NCBI GenBank assembly: GCA_041658665.1
Contig: JBAZZR010000001.1
Location: forward strand, 320,576-384,575
From: Patescibacteria group bacterium
GTDB lineage: Bacteria > Patescibacteriota > Patescibacteriia > Patescibacteriales > UBA12465
DNA length: 64,000 nt
Reading direction: 5' to 3'
This document shows, in pieces, positions 20,085 through 28,541 of the stretch. Under the pieces are notes generated by a model. It was not told where the DNA came from. It did not search any database and was given only the letters and a program-made list of their open reading frames with translations. The stretch's first letter is position 1. Every line of letters starts with the position of its first letter. The translations under genes and the position numbers were made by a program.

Positions 20085-20118
20085 AAAAAACTCGCTGGCG
20101 GCGCCAGCGAGTTTTTTT
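20085..20118. terminator. Bidirectional rho-independent terminator between convergent operons
   Basis: AAAAAA-CTCGCTGG..CCAGCGAG-TTTTTTT. A GC-rich stem flanked by an A-run and a T-run, lying between the stops at 20061 (+) and 20124 (-). Confidence 0.85.
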
Positions 20119-20123
20119 ATGTT

Positions 20124-21233
20124 TTATGCTAAATTGTTTAATTTACTGATTAGATCAGTTGCATCGCCTGGTCGGAATAAAATGTCGCTAGCCGTGAGCA
20201 TCTCGGGGATGCCGCCGAGATTGGCGGCGATGACCGGGAGGCCTAGCGATTTAGCTTCATAAATAACGCGGGGAGAATTCTCGTAGCAGAGCGAGGGCAC
20301 GATTAAATAATCGTTGTTTAACATAATCTCGTGAATGGTGGCAGCCGCCTGACGTCCGAGAAAGCGGATATTTTTATGAGGAGCGGCGGCGGCTTGAGCG
20401 GAGTGGAACTGAGTGCCGTTGCCAACAATAGTCAAGAGGAAATTCGGTTTATTAAGATTTTTAAAAACATTGATTAAGAAAAAAACGCCTTTATGGTTTT
20501 CTATTTGTCCGACGAATAAGAATTTTTTTATTAGCGAATTAGTGATTGGGGTAGGGGGCGGCGTATCCACTAGTTTAGCTGTCTGGTTAGTTAAAATTTT
20601 AGCCGCCGGTGGAAGAGATTTTTCTGATAACCAGGGGCTAACCTTAGTCGCGGAATGAGGAAAAAATTTATGTTGTTGGTGTAGTTTAAGAAGCCAAGCC
20701 GAGGGAGAAACGATTTGATCAGGAGAACCGATTAGTCCGCGCGTAATTGTTTGATAAACTTTAGCCGCAGGGTTGTTTATTTTATTTTCTTGGCCTAAAA
20801 GCATTAGGCCGGAAGGATGAAGGAGCTGGATATCGTGTAAAACATGTTCGTGCCTAGCTTTTTGTCGTCTAATCGCGATAGGTGTTAGATAACCTAGGCC
20901 CATTAGATTATGGGTAACTATTAAGTCGGGTTTCTCGGTTTGGAGAATTTTTCTTAGCCGGCGGTATTTCCAGAAGGAGAGGATATTACCGATTTGCCAA
21001 ACGGCTCTATATAGTAGGCCGTGTCGGCCGAGATTATAAAAATCAGAGTTTAAATAGTAAGAACGCGGTTCGCTAGTTGGAACAATTTCTTCTGGTTTAT
21101 TCTTATTTTTAGTGCTTACCATAAAAAGATCGTGGCCCTGAGATTGTAACTCTTGGGCCTGAGCTTTAACGACAGCTTCCGCGCCGCCTCGGCTATCTGA
21201 TCCCGATAGATTATGAATTAGACCGATTTTCAT
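20124..21233 (-). CDS. Glycosyltransferase family 1
   Basis: N-terminal SGSDSRGGAEAVV and C-terminal VPSLCYENSPRVIYEAKSLGLPVIAANLGGIPE. Confidence 0.8.
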   Translation of the reverse strand: MKIGLIHNLSGSDSRGGAEAVVKAQAQELQSQGHDLFMVSTKNKNKPEEIVPTSEPRSYYLNSDFYNLGRHGLLYRAVWQIGNILSFWKYRRLRKILQTEKPDLIVTHNLMGLGYLTPIAIRRQKARHEHVLHDIQLLHPSGLMLLGQENKINNPAAKVYQTITRGLIGSPDQIVSPSAWLLKLHQQHKFFPHSATKVSPWLSEKSLPPAAKILTNQTAKLVDTPPPTPITNSLIKKFLFVGQIENHKGVFFLINVFKNLNKPNFLLTIVGNGTQFHSAQAAAAPHKNIRFLGRQAAATIHEIMLNNDYLIVPSLCYENSPRVIYEAKSLGLPVIAANLGGIPEMLTASDILFRPGDATDLISKLNNLA

Positions 21234-22353
21234 AAAATATTTGTTTTAATCTAGATTTGATATTTTTTTCATCATACTTATTTTCGGCAAGCAATCGAGC
21301 GGCTCGAGCCATAGCCAACCGTTTGTCTTCATGATCTAAGATAAATTTTAATTTATTTTGCAAATCTTGAGTACTCCCCGCTTGAATAAGTAAGCCTTCC
21401 TGCGAGTCGTTAAAGACGCGGCGAACGCCGGGGAGATTAGAGGCCAAAACGGGCACGCCGCAGGCTAAAGCCTCAATTAGAACTAAGCCGAAAGCTTCAT
21501 TGTTGTTAATTGATGGTAAGACTAAAAGATCGGCTGTTTGATAAGTCCGGATTAAATCGTCATCACTTAATTTCCCTCGGAAAGAGATTTGTCGGTTAAT
21601 TCCTAAGGCTCGAGACAGGGCCTCGTAACCTGGTTGTAAATCGCCCGCTCCGACAATATCGAGCCGCCAGTCCGATCGGACTAAGTTCGCGAGTGATTTT
21701 AATAAAATAGGGAGGCCTTTAAAATAATGAGCCTGATCGAGACCGCCCACAAAAAGTAGTTGCCGCCGACCCTTTTTAATAAATTTATTATTTATAAAAT
21801 CGACTATTTTTTTAGCATAAGTTAGCCCCGGCTGGCCCGACGTTTCGTTTGATTTAGGTTTGTAGGCGCTTAAATTTAGGCCGAAAGGAATTTCTCGGAA
21901 TTTACTAGAGTGATTTTTATAATAATTCTTAATTGAACTACTCGCGACATAATCCAGGCTAGCGCTAATAATAGTTTCGGCTTGATTAAATAATTGGTCG
22001 CGAATAATGAGGCTAGGCAAGCTCAATACTTGGTTAATCCAGCGGTCGCTTTTAACATCCATATGATAATGGATGATAAGTTTAGGGCGACGAAAAAATA
22101 GTTTAAATAGCCAGATGATTTCGGCCGTGCCAAAAAAAGGATAATGCAAATAAATATAATCAAAGCCTCGGAGACGCCAAAGTAATTGTGGCAAAAAAGC
22201 GCCATGGCCGTAATGTAGCCAGGGTTTTAAGGTAGTCGGCGAGAAAGTAATTATTTCATAATCTTCCGCCAGGATTTTATTTTCGCGGTGAGCGCTCGTC
22301 GCTATGCCGCTAGCGTCCGGCGGATAGGTACAAACAACCGAGGCTATTTTCAT
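21211..22353 (-). CDS. Glycosyltransferase family 1
   Basis: LVLPSINNNEAFGLVLIEALACGVPVLASNLPGV motif. Overlaps the downstream GT1 gene by 23 nt. Confidence 0.8.
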   Translation of the reverse strand: MKIASVVCTYPPDASGIATSAHRENKILAEDYEIITFSPTTLKPWLHYGHGAFLPQLLWRLRGFDYIYLHYPFFGTAEIIWLFKLFFRRPKLIIHYHMDVKSDRWINQVLSLPSLIIRDQLFNQAETIISASLDYVASSSIKNYYKNHSSKFREIPFGLNLSAYKPKSNETSGQPGLTYAKKIVDFINNKFIKKGRRQLLFVGGLDQAHYFKGLPILLKSLANLVRSDWRLDIVGAGDLQPGYEALSRALGINRQISFRGKLSDDDLIRTYQTADLLVLPSINNNEAFGLVLIEALACGVPVLASNLPGVRRVFNDSQEGLLIQAGSTQDLQNKLKFILDHEDKRLAMARAARLLAENKYDEKNIKSRLKQIFYENRSNS

Positions 22354-22355
22354 AC

Positions 22356-22682
22356 TTATTTTTTATTATCTAAAGCAACGTGGCGGGTCATAGTCGTTAA
22401 ATCAGAATCGAGTTTCGCTAATCTTAATCTTAATTTAAAAACTAAATAGAAAAGTGCTATGACGGCTAAATAGATTAAGAAATTAATGCCACTACCGGAA
22501 AAGCCTAGCCAGTTAACTAGGCGGTCAATTTGTTTAATTAAAATTATGGCCGCCGCCCCGCTGAGCCAGAAAATTAACCAAACCGCGAATTCTTTATTAT
22601 TAATTTCCTGGTTATTTTTTTCTTTAATTAAGCGGGAAATAAAATAGATGATAATTAACAGGGCAATAATTTGTTGTAACAT
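22356..22682 (-). CDS. Small three-helix membrane protein (DUF2304-like GT2 partner)
   Basis: 108 aa with three hydrophobic helices and a charged C-terminus. Abuts the GT2 gene, an arrangement typical of DUF2304. The family assignment is from memory, not a search. Confidence 0.45.
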   Translation of the reverse strand: MLQQIIALLIIIYFISRLIKEKNNQEINNKEFAVWLIFWLSGAAAIILIKQIDRLVNWLGFSGSGINFLIYLAVIALFYLVFKLRLRLAKLDSDLTTMTRHVALDNKK

Positions 22683-22683
22683 A

Positions 22684-23346
22684 TTATTTAATTAGTTTAT
22701 TGATTAGAAGATCGCGGATGATTCGGAAACCACCGCTTAGTTTTTGTCCAAAATCTTGGTAGATAACGGTAATCGGAACTTCCACTACTCGTAACTTATT
22801 TTGAAAAGCCTTAATTTGGATTTCGCTAGCGTGGGCCATCCCTTGATTGTTGATAGTGATAGTTTTTAGAGCGACCCGGCTTAAAGCGCGTAAGCCACTT
22901 TGCGGATCGCTTAGCTTTATGCCTAAAAAGAAACGAGTAAAAAATTTAGCGAGCGGCATGATAATATATTTTTTGCCAAAAGGGAAGGCCGTTTTTTTAC
23001 TTAAAAAACGTGAGCCGAAAACTATATCAGCTTGGTTTTTTAAAATTGGCTCAATCAGCTCGGGAATTTCGGTAGCTAAGAATTGGCCGTCGGCATCGAA
23101 ATGAATAACTAAATCCGCGCCATTTTTAAGAGCATAGTTGTCCCCTGTCTCCAGTGCCGCCCCCTGGCCGCGATTAATCGGATGTTTAATAACAATAGCG
23201 CCTGACTGGGCCGCTAACTGAGCAGTCGAGTCTGTCGAGCCGTCGTCGACAACAATAATCTCATGAACATAGGGCCGGAGGCTGCTAATTACTGTCGTAA
23301 TATTTTTTTCTTCATTAAGGGCCGGTAGGACACAACTTATTTTCAT
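22684..23346 (-). CDS. Glycosyltransferase family 2 (polyprenyl-phosphate sugar transferase-like)
   Basis: SCVLPALNEE, VVDDGSTDST and HFDADGQ (DxD) motifs. Confidence 0.85.
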   Translation of the reverse strand: MKISCVLPALNEEKNITTVISSLRPYVHEIIVVDDGSTDSTAQLAAQSGAIVIKHPINRGQGAALETGDNYALKNGADLVIHFDADGQFLATEIPELIEPILKNQADIVFGSRFLSKKTAFPFGKKYIIMPLAKFFTRFFLGIKLSDPQSGLRALSRVALKTITINNQGMAHASEIQIKAFQNKLRVVEVPITVIYQDFGQKLSGGFRIIRDLLINKLIK

Positions 23347-24353
23347 AATAATCCTTCTTTTATTTTTTGAGTTTTATCGTCTTCCCAAGATCGGTAGCCT
23401 TCTTTCAGAGCGGATTTTTTTAGTTTATCTAAAAATTTTTGGTCGTTTAATTCTGGTTTGGTTAAGATAATATTTTTCAGAGTCGGCGATAATTTAAATA
23501 ATTCAAAAAGACCGATTAGTTGTCTGTGGTTAGAATTATTTATTTTTGGTTGCCGGCTTAATTTCGCTAAGCGTTGGTTGATAATTAACTTGAGACTATC
23601 TAATTTTAAACGAGCCGGCAGATTAATTTGCCACACTTTTTGCAAAACTTCCCAAGAACTAGCGGCGGTTAGCGAGCCAATAACTAGCCGCCCGGTTGCG
23701 GCCGCCCGTAGCGCGCCTTTAAGCAAAGCGGGCTGATCGAGATTATCAATAAAGAGACAATCAGAATCCTGCCGCAGTATTCTTTCTAAATTTTCCGAAC
23801 GAGCCGACATCGTACTTACTCCCGGTAGCTTATAAGGCGGATGATCTTCTAAAGAATAGATGCTTAGATCGTTACTATTTAAATAAAGAAGGAGCGCTCG
23901 CAGGGTCGAGCTTTTTCCTTGGGCGGGCGGGGAACTAATAATAATTAAGCCGGATTTTTTTTGACAGCTCAGTTTTAAATTTTTTAAGTCAACTCGGGAC
24001 AACCCTAATTGTTCTAAGCGCCATAATTCTAACGACGGTTTGATAATGTTAATAATGATTTTTTCGCGCTTATTGTCCGGCAGGACGCTGAGGCGATAGT
24101 TTAAGTGATCCAGTGATCTCTTAATTTTTCCTCTTTTTTCGGTCATTAGTTCTCCTGGGCTGATCGCTAGTATTTTTTGGAGATTAATAAAAAATTCTTG
24201 TTCCAATTTTTTTGGCAAGAGGAAACGGCGGCTGGTACCATTTTTTTGATAGCCGTCGATAATGATATTTTTTTCCGCCGCGCTTATCACCAGTTTATCT
24301 AGATTAGTTTTTTGGGCGTAAGTGCAGAGATTATTAAAAATTTTTCTATTCAT
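23343..24353 (-). CDS. GspE/PilB-like secretion-ATPase homologue with degenerate catalytic motifs
   Basis: The N2-like segment LNYRLSVLPDNKREKIIINII and a core collinear with type II/IV secretion ATPases. Walker A reads SPPAQGKSS. The Walker B/Glu region reads LRQDSDCLFIDNLDQ (canonical LRQDPDvimvGEiRD). The His box reads TGRLVIGSLTAA (canonical TGHLVlSTLHTN). Confidence 0.6.
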   Translation of the reverse strand: MNRKIFNNLCTYAQKTNLDKLVISAAEKNIIIDGYQKNGTSRRFLLPKKLEQEFFINLQKILAISPGELMTEKRGKIKRSLDHLNYRLSVLPDNKREKIIINIIKPSLELWRLEQLGLSRVDLKNLKLSCQKKSGLIIISSPPAQGKSSTLRALLLYLNSNDLSIYSLEDHPPYKLPGVSTMSARSENLERILRQDSDCLFIDNLDQPALLKGALRAAATGRLVIGSLTAASSWEVLQKVWQINLPARLKLDSLKLIINQRLAKLSRQPKINNSNHRQLIGLFELFKLSPTLKNIILTKPELNDQKFLDKLKKSALKEGYRSWEDDKTQKIKEGLL

Positions 24354-24430
24354 GGCCTTATTATAGCATGGTTTTGTATTATTTAAAAATATGATAAACT
24401 TAGATTAAATCAATAATTTGGTTATTTTTT

Positions 24431-24844
24431 ATGGTTTACTCTAATTTTTATGATCGTTTCTACCGCGCTCGTCGCGCTAGCGCTAAAGCTTTTTTAGCTC
24501 TTTGGTATTTTTTACCTAGTCGTTTCTATTTTTTAGCGTCTGGTTTACTTAATATCTTAGCTTGGGCCGAAGCCGCGTTTATTCGTCATAGTTTAAGCGG
24601 TGATCTCTTAGTGCTCCATTATAATGTTGATTCGGGTATTGATTTGGTAGGCGATCCGGCTCAAATTTTCTGGTATCCAATTTTTGGTTTAGTGATTTTA
24701 ATTATAAATTATTCTCTCGCCGCCGCCTATTCTAAACAGCCAAATTTTCGATTCGGCGCCCATTTACTCCTGGCGACCGCCTTGATTTTTTCTGGTCTGT
24801 TAAATTTCGTCTTGATGTTCGTTTATCTGGTTAATTTTAAGTAG
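24431..24844 (+). CDS. Hypothetical membrane protein
   Basis: 137 aa with three to four hydrophobic helices and no recognised motif. Lies just upstream of mraY. Confidence 0.5.
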   Translation: MVYSNFYDRFYRARRASAKAFLALWYFLPSRFYFLASGLLNILAWAEAAFIRHSLSGDLLVLHYNVDSGIDLVGDPAQIFWYPIFGLVILIINYSLAAAYSKQPNFRFGAHLLLATALIFSGLLNFVLMFVYLVNFK

Positions 24845-24855
24845 TTTAGTCTATT

Positions 24856-25905
24856 ATGACAGAATTCTATATTATTAAAATCTTATTCTTTTCGGTTTTA
24901 GCTTTTATTTTTTCAATGTCGCTCGCGCCCGCTTTGACTCATTATTTGTATAAATATAAATTAGGTAAGCAAATCCGCAATAGTGGCGAGACGCCAATTT
25001 TTAGTCAGCTCCATGCCCATAAAGTCGGCACCCCGACTATGGGGGGAATTTTAATTTGGGGAACACTTTTGATTTTTATTGTCTCCTTCGCTTTATTAGA
25101 AAAATTTTTTACCTGGAATATTTTAGCTCATCTTAATTTTTTTTCTCGGTCGGAAACTTTATTACCGCTCGCCGCCTTAATTATTAGCGCTTTAATCGGT
25201 TTATTTGACGATTGGCTGGATGTGCGCGGTAAAGGAGTGCTCGGTGGCGGCGGTTTAAAATTACGTCATCGTCTTTTAATTTATACTTTAATTGCCATCG
25301 TAGGCGCACTATGGTTTTATTATAAATTAGACTGGACGGTTTTTCATGTGCCTTTTTTAGGTAATTTTGAAATCGGGGCTTGGTATATACCAATTTTTAT
25401 TTTTATGATTGTTGCGACCTCTTTTTCCGTTAATGAAAGCGATGGCTTGGACGGACTGGCGGGCGGGACTTTATTAGTTGCCTTTGTCGCTTATAGCGTG
25501 ATTGCTTTTTCCTTAGGTCGCTACGAACTAGCAACTTTTTGCGGAGTAATTATCGGTTCTTTATCGGCTTTCTTATGGTTTAATATTCCGCCGGCTCGAT
25601 TCTATATGGGAGACACGGGCGCGATGAGTTTAGGCGTGACTCTAGGCATCATTGCCATGCTGACCAACAGTTCTTTATTTTTGATTTTTATTGGTTTTAT
25701 TTTTTTATTAGAATCTCTGTCGGTAATTATACAGATGCTGTCGAAAAAAATTAGAGGGAAAAAAATTTTTTTATCCGCGCCTTTGCATCACCATTTACAA
25801 GCGATTGGTTGGCCAGAAGCTAAAATCGTGATGCGTTTTTGGGTGGTTTCGGCGATTGGCGCCGCCTTAGGCTTGATTATTTTCTTATTGGATAGGCGCT
25901 TTTAA
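24856..25905 (+). CDS. mraY: Phospho-N-acetylmuramoyl-pentapeptide transferase
   Basis: GTPTMGG, FDDWLDV, NESDGLDGLAGG, MGDTGAMSLG and APLHHHL motifs. Confidence 0.95.
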   Translation: MTEFYIIKILFFSVLAFIFSMSLAPALTHYLYKYKLGKQIRNSGETPIFSQLHAHKVGTPTMGGILIWGTLLIFIVSFALLEKFFTWNILAHLNFFSRSETLLPLAALIISALIGLFDDWLDVRGKGVLGGGGLKLRHRLLIYTLIAIVGALWFYYKLDWTVFHVPFLGNFEIGAWYIPIFIFMIVATSFSVNESDGLDGLAGGTLLVAFVAYSVIAFSLGRYELATFCGVIIGSLSAFLWFNIPPARFYMGDTGAMSLGVTLGIIAMLTNSSLFLIFIGFIFLLESLSVIIQMLSKKIRGKKIFLSAPLHHHLQAIGWPEAKIVMRFWVVSAIGAALGLIIFLLDRRF

Positions 25906-25913
25906 TTGTCTAT

Positions 25914-27056
25914 ATGTTTGCAAAAATCAGGAAAAATATTTTTGGCGTTCAGTCCGGTGAACATGAGCCAGATAAGAGTTTATTGTCTGCGCTCGCTGTT
26001 TTGATAATTTTTGGGTTAGTGATGCTTTTTAGCGCTTCCTCCGTCGACTCTTATATTCGTTTTAGTAACACCTATCATTATTTAGTGAAACAGCTTATTA
26101 GTTTAGCGGTTAGTTTATTAGTTTTTTGGTTTGCCGTGCGCGTTAATTATCATTATTGGAAAAAGTTTGCTAGTTTTTTTCTTTTATTTTCTATTTTATT
26201 GTTAGTTTTGGTATTTATTCCTGGTTTACGCTCGGAATACGGTACGGCTCGCAGTTGGATTAATATTTTTGGCCAATCTTTTCAACCCTCAGAACTAGTT
26301 AAAATTTCTTTTTTAATTTATTTAGCTACTTGGCTTGAAGCTAAGAGAGGTTCTCTCCATGATTGGGCTAGTGGAGTCGTGCCGTTTTTAGCTATTTTAG
26401 GAGTAATTAGTGTTTTGATGTTGGCGCAACCTGATTTAGGAACTTTATTTATTATTGCGTTTACGGCTTTTGTCGTATTTTTTGCCGGCGGCGGGAAAAT
26501 AAGTCATATTGTTATTACTCTAGTTTTAGCTATCTTAGCTTTATTCGTGATGGTTGGTTTGAAACAGTCCTATCAGAGTGATCGCATTAAATGTATGGAA
26601 GACCCGAGTTTTAGCGCTCAGGATAAATGTTATCAGATAAATCAGTCGATGATTGCTGTTGGTTCCGGTGGTCTCTTCGGTCGCGGTTTAGGCGGAAGCC
26701 GTCAGAAATTTATGTATTTACCGGAAGTTTGGGGTGATTCTATTTTTCCGATTATTGCTGAAGAAACTGGTTTTATTGTGAGTGCTATTTTAATTTTACT
26801 TTATTTATTTATATTTTATCGTGGTCTTTTAATTGCCCGGGGAGCACCGGACATCTATGGCAGTACTCTGGCGATTGGCATAGTCGTCTGGTTATCGGTT
26901 CAGACATTTTTAAATATTGGTGGCATGATTAATTTAATTCCGATGACGGGCGTTCCTTTGCCCTTTATATCGTCGGGCGGTTCGGCGACTTTATCATCGC
27001 TTTTAGCGATGGGAATTATTATTAATATTAGTAAGCAGGCGAAGATTAATCGTTGA
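25914..27056 (+). CDS. ftsW: SEDS-family peptidoglycan polymerase FtsW/RodA
   Basis: QPSELVKI, QPDLGT, GLGGSRQKFMYLPE..DSIF and PLPFISSGGS motifs. Positioned between mraY and murG. Confidence 0.9.
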   Translation: MFAKIRKNIFGVQSGEHEPDKSLLSALAVLIIFGLVMLFSASSVDSYIRFSNTYHYLVKQLISLAVSLLVFWFAVRVNYHYWKKFASFFLLFSILLLVLVFIPGLRSEYGTARSWINIFGQSFQPSELVKISFLIYLATWLEAKRGSLHDWASGVVPFLAILGVISVLMLAQPDLGTLFIIAFTAFVVFFAGGGKISHIVITLVLAILALFVMVGLKQSYQSDRIKCMEDPSFSAQDKCYQINQSMIAVGSGGLFGRGLGGSRQKFMYLPEVWGDSIFPIIAEETGFIVSAILILLYLFIFYRGLLIARGAPDIYGSTLAIGIVVWLSVQTFLNIGGMINLIPMTGVPLPFISSGGSATLSSLLAMGIIINISKQAKINR

Positions 27057-27085
27057 GTTTTATTTAATGGAATAACGAAAATATA

Positions 27086-28204
27086 ATGAGTGAACAACTT
27101 CAGAAAACAAAAACGATATTTTTAAGCGGTGGCGGATCGGGCGGTTCAGTGACGCCGCTTTTGGCCGTGGCCGAAGAATTATTAAAATCTGATATTCAAG
27201 ATTATCGTTTAGTTTTTATTGGCACCGCTCAGGGACCGGAAAGAGATATGGTCGCCGATTTTAATCGAAAAGTCGGGGTATTAGAATTTCGTAGTATTAC
27301 TGGCGGGAAATGGCGGCGTTATTTTTCTGGACATAATATTTTCGATTTTTTTAAAATTATTTTCGCTTTTTACCAATCTTTACGCCTCTTGTCAGCCGAG
27401 AAAGTCGATTTAATAATTAGCGCGGGGAGCTTTATTAGCGTTCCTTTAGTTTGGGCCGCGGCTTGTAAAAAAGTGCCGATTTTAATTCATCAACAAGATG
27501 TTCGGCCGGGTTTTGCTAACAGGTTAATGGCTCCTTTTGCTTCAGTGATTAGTGTGGCTTTAGAAAAATCTTTGTTAGACTACGGCCCGCGAGCGATTTG
27601 GATTGGTAATCCGGTCGCACCGGATCAAGCGGATCAAGACGCCTTATCGGTTAAAGAAATAAAAGATAAGTATAGTTTAGACATAAGTCGGCGGCTCATC
27701 TTTATCACTGGTGGCGGCACCGGCGCTCAGGCCGTTAATGAATTAATTTTCGCCGCCGCTCCGGAATTAGTGAAGTCTTACCAAGTTATTCATTTAGTCG
27801 GCAGAGGGAAGTTACCGTCTAGAAAGATTAAGTTACCTAATTATCAAGTTTTTGAATTTTTAAATAATGAAGAGGTTTTAGATTTAATGCGTGCGGCCGA
27901 TTTAGTAATTTCCCGCGCCGGCATGTCGGCGCTTAGCGAATTATCTTTATTGAATAAAGCCGCGATTTTAATTCCTATTCCTAATTCGCATCAAGAAGAT
28001 AACGCGGCGGTTTTCGCACAGGCGAAAGCGGCTGTCGTTCTAAAGCAAAACGATTTAGTGCCGGAAAGTTTGCTAGCGGAAATAAAAAAGATATTGGATG
28101 ACGGTCAAGAGAGAGTTAGACTATCTAATAGTATAGGCAAGGTAATTAAACGCGGCGCGGCGGAGGCTATGGCCGGGATAGTTTGGGAGATGTTGGGGAA
28201 ATAA
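27086..28204 (+). CDS. murG: Lipid II synthase MurG (UDP-GlcNAc transferase)
   Basis: GGGSGGSVTPLLAVAEEL N-terminal loop and the C-terminal ISRAGMSALSEL...HQEDNA motif. Confidence 0.9.
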   Translation: MSEQLQKTKTIFLSGGGSGGSVTPLLAVAEELLKSDIQDYRLVFIGTAQGPERDMVADFNRKVGVLEFRSITGGKWRRYFSGHNIFDFFKIIFAFYQSLRLLSAEKVDLIISAGSFISVPLVWAAACKKVPILIHQQDVRPGFANRLMAPFASVISVALEKSLLDYGPRAIWIGNPVAPDQADQDALSVKEIKDKYSLDISRRLIFITGGGTGAQAVNELIFAAAPELVKSYQVIHLVGRGKLPSRKIKLPNYQVFEFLNNEEVLDLMRAADLVISRAGMSALSELSLLNKAAILIPIPNSHQEDNAAVFAQAKAAVVLKQNDLVPESLLAEIKKILDDGQERVRLSNSIGKVIKRGAAEAMAGIVWEMLGK

Positions 28205-28228
28205 AAAAGGTCTCTAAGAGTAGAGACC
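28203..28228 (-). terminator. Rho-independent terminator for the minus-strand small gene (may also stop murG read-through)
   Basis: GGTCTCT / AGAGACC stem at 28209-28228, preceded on the plus strand by AAAAAA, which is a U-run on the minus strand. Confidence 0.6.
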
Positions 28229-28251
28229 AGTAATGGCGTATGGGTACGAAA

Positions 28252-28458
28252 TTAACTTTTATGAGTACCATTTTCTATAGCCAAAAGAAATATGAATACA
28301 AAGAACGATCCGATTATAGTTACAACCATCCCCTTAAAATAATGATCACCGCCGTTGGGCAATAAATACATCAGAAGGGTACATATGGCGGCAATAACGG
28401 CTGTCAATGATGCCCAGATAATTAGGCTTTTTCGACTGAATGTTAAATTTGCTAACAT
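28252..28458 (-). CDS. Small two-TM hypothetical membrane protein
   Basis: 68 aa with two hydrophobic helices. GAGGT Shine-Dalgarno sequence 5 nt upstream of the ATG on the minus strand, and its own terminator. Confidence 0.5.
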   Translation of the reverse strand: MLANLTFSRKSLIIWASLTAVIAAICTLLMYLLPNGGDHYFKGMVVTIIGSFFVFIFLLAIENGTHKS

Positions 28459-28541
28459 TTTTACCTCGGTTTCTAACTTGTTAATGAATTATTTTATTTA
28501 GATTGAATTAGTATATCATATTAGTTAATTTTTGTCAATAA

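Noticed and set aside
20124-24353. I asked whether the convergent glycosyltransferase operon, or any other block, is a mobile element or prophage remnant.
   Set aside because: No integrase, transposase, recombinase, terminal repeats or tRNA-adjacent att-like sequence is visible. The genes are tightly overlapped and look like a normal biosynthetic operon.
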